In this document: positions 62,125 to 64,000 of the stretch, one piece after another
Numbering within the stretch: the stretch's first letter is position 1
How the letters are laid out: each line of letters begins with the position of its first letter
DNA from: Microcoleus sp.
GTDB taxonomy: Bacteria > Cyanobacteriota > Cyanobacteriia > Cyanobacteriales > Microcoleaceae
Length of the DNA stretch: 64,000 bases
Direction of reading: 5' to 3'
Assembly: GCA_052279835.1 (NCBI GenBank)
Contig: CP181291.1
Span: forward strand, 2,464,001-2,528,000
The notes under the pieces: model-generated
What the model was told of the DNA's origin: nothing
The model's database searches: none
The model's input: only the letters and a program-made list of their open reading frames with translations
Made by a program: the position numbers and the translations under genes

Positions 62125-62802
62125 ATGAAAGAAACTTCTTTAAATATTATCGCTATTTCTATATTTGCCATCACTGTTTCAATCTTATTAGGACCCCTAT
62201 TCAATTTGCCAGAGGCCGTACCGGCGATCGCCACTTTTTGTCTTTTGGGCCTCGCCACCTTAGACACTTTCCAGTGGCAAGGTCAAGGTGGGACAATTTT
62301 ATTAGACTTGCTAGCGGGCACTTCCAAACAAAGGCGCGATCGCATCCTCCATCACGAAGCCGGACACTTCCTAGTCGCCCACCTATTGGGAATTCCCGTC
62401 ACCGGCTACGCCCTCAACGCTTGGGAAGCATTTAAACAAGGTCAATCCGCCCAAGGAGGCGTTCGATTTGAAGACGAACAATTAGCCTTACAACTGCAAA
62501 ATGGCACACTTTCCGCCCAACTTCTAGACCGATACTGCACCGTTTGGATGGCGGGAATAGTCGCTGAAAATTTTGTCTATGGCACTGCCGAAGGCGGAGC
62601 AGAAGACCGCACTAAAATCAATGCAATTTTAACACAACTCCGGCGTCCAAGTTCCGAAATTCAACTCAAGCAAAACTGGGGTTCTCTCCAAGCCAAAAAT
62701 CTCATCGAAAGCCATAAATTAGCCTACGAATCTCTAGTTACAGCCATGGAAAAAAGAGCCACTATAGATGAATGTTATAGAATTATACAGGAAAATTTGT
62801 AA
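62125..62802 (+). CDS. M41-like Zn protease domain membrane protein
   Basis: RILHHEAGHFLVA; two N-terminal TMs. Confidence 0.85.
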   Translation: MKETSLNIIAISIFAITVSILLGPLFNLPEAVPAIATFCLLGLATLDTFQWQGQGGTILLDLLAGTSKQRRDRILHHEAGHFLVAHLLGIPVTGYALNAWEAFKQGQSAQGGVRFEDEQLALQLQNGTLSAQLLDRYCTVWMAGIVAENFVYGTAEGGAEDRTKINAILTQLRRPSSEIQLKQNWGSLQAKNLIESHKLAYESLVTAMEKRATIDECYRIIQENL

Positions 62803-63002
62803 TCTTTCGGCCACACCGTTAAACTCGGTCACAAAAAAAGCAACCTTTACAGGCTGCTTAGAGAAAAAAACCGTTGTTCAGTCACAGGAGAAAACTTTCA
62901 ATCGAATTCAAATTACCGCTGCTGGAGTTACCGCCTATTTTCACCGTCATTGGGATCTAACGTTGAGTTACTTTGCATTCCGAACAAAACTGTCAATCCC
63001 GA

Positions 63003-63218
63003 TCAGAATGCTGCTGAAAATTCGTTGACGATTTTGACTTTGCCTTTTCTGACAGCCCGTAGCAAGCGGTTGACACAGCCTCTCTCATCCTCATTCAGAG
63101 ACTCGTCAAAGCTGGCAGCCATCAAACCGTAGCGATCGGCTAGAGTCAAAACACCTGTGTCGCTTACAGAAGCGAGGATTTCAGAGATAGCGCCGGGGAG
63201 GAGTTGTACGGGATTCAT
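63003..63218 (-). CDS. small conserved hypothetical protein
   Basis: LLPGAISE...LTLADRYGLMAA...RLLRAVRKG pattern seen in cyanobacterial small proteins. Confidence 0.7.
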   Translation of the reverse strand: MNPVQLLPGAISEILASVSDTGVLTLADRYGLMAASFDESLNEDERGCVNRLLRAVRKGKVKIVNEFSAAF

Positions 63219-63340
63219 GGCAGTAAGATTGAATTCGATATATACATCATCTCCGTATTTTCCGAAAACAGCGGTGACGTTGATAAGGATAGGAAGGTGA
63301 TTATTTAGGGTGCCGACAAGTGATCCAAATAGAGTTTATT

Positions 63341-63356
63341 TGTGACTTGAGTCACA
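63341..63356. promoter_or_regulatory. CRP/SyCRP1-type site
   Basis: exact TGTGA-N6-TCACA in a divergent intergenic region. Confidence 0.6.
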
Positions 63357-63481
63357 GTATCACCGATAGTGGCGGGTAATTTCACATCACCCTCAACTTT
63401 GGGTAGGACTTCGGAATGACGGCGTTTAGTAAAATAATGGTTAATCCCTCAAACAGTTCAACTTTTACCCCGGTACTCAAA

Positions 63482-63796
63482 ATGCTTGACTTTCTCAATC
63501 CCATATTAGGGCGCAAACCCGATCGCATGAAAGCCAACGTGGAAATCTACACATGGCAAACCTGTCCCTATTGTATCCGCGCCAAATCCTTGCTGTGGTG
63601 GAAAGGCGTAAATTACACCGAATACAAGATTGACGGCGACGAAGCAGCTAGAAATGCCATGGCTCAACGCGCCAACGGACGCCGCAGCGTGCCCCAAATT
63701 TTCATTAATAACCAACACGTCGGCGGCTGCGATGACATTCACAAACTTGATGCCGAAGGAAAGTTAGAGCCGCTGCTAGTTCAACCAGCAGTTTAA
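63482..63796 (+). CDS. grxC: glutaredoxin 3
   Basis: CPYC, SVPQIFI, GGCDD; start could be 63482 or 63527. Confidence 0.92.
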   Translation: MLDFLNPILGRKPDRMKANVEIYTWQTCPYCIRAKSLLWWKGVNYTEYKIDGDEAARNAMAQRANGRRSVPQIFINNQHVGGCDDIHKLDAEGKLEPLLVQPAV

Positions 63797-64000
63797 ATAC
63801 AGTCCCTATCAGGTTCATAGTCAGGACTTTAGTCATTAAATTACCCAACAAAGGCATGAATGCTTGACTACGAACCTGGGGTAAATTTACTGAGATTATC
63901 TTGCCGCCATTTAGCATCTGTGCGTCTATTGGTTGCCAATTCTAAGACCCGAATCCCCTTATTTGGCAAAAAAATTAATTTTGCTTGGAACAGTTCCCAA

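Noticed and set aside
690..63917. Many short antisense or alternate-frame ORFs inside long genes
   Set aside because: Shadow ORFs of well-supported genes with no independent motifs

Overview
Chromosomal window from a filamentous cyanobacterium (Oscillatoriales, Microcoleus/Tychonema-like). This is inferred from very frequent HIP1 GCGATCGC octamers, heptamer STRR repeats and the cyanobacterial core genes. Core content: pit transporter, rplS-tRNA-Trp-secE-nusG-rplK-rplA-rplJ-rplL, an NCS2 permease/guanine deaminase pair, crtD, ndhF1-ndhD1, thioredoxin, a NnrU/Z-ISO protein, rbcR-like LysR, ndbB, several Ser/Thr and His kinases, aat, rpsN, nth, rseP and grxC. An accessory block of about 14 kb (about 18.2-32.6 kb) holds: a long non-coding fold-back; a LysR-controlled redox/membrane cluster; a Septu/PtuAB-like ATPase+HNH pair with no retron RT; a persulfide-detox module (ArsR, ETHE1-like MBL, rhodanese, TauE); and a reshuffled toxin-antitoxin array with duplicated fragments. 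Other notable items are an orphan TnpB omegaRNA-like right end after tRNA-Trp, a dead IS605 tnpB element inserted at the NnrU start codon, an XRE-antitoxin-like domain fused to a PAS histidine kinase, an RHH + tandem coiled-coil protein, and an apparent +1 frameshift at the ndhF1 3' end. All calls are from reading the sequence; no database searches were run.
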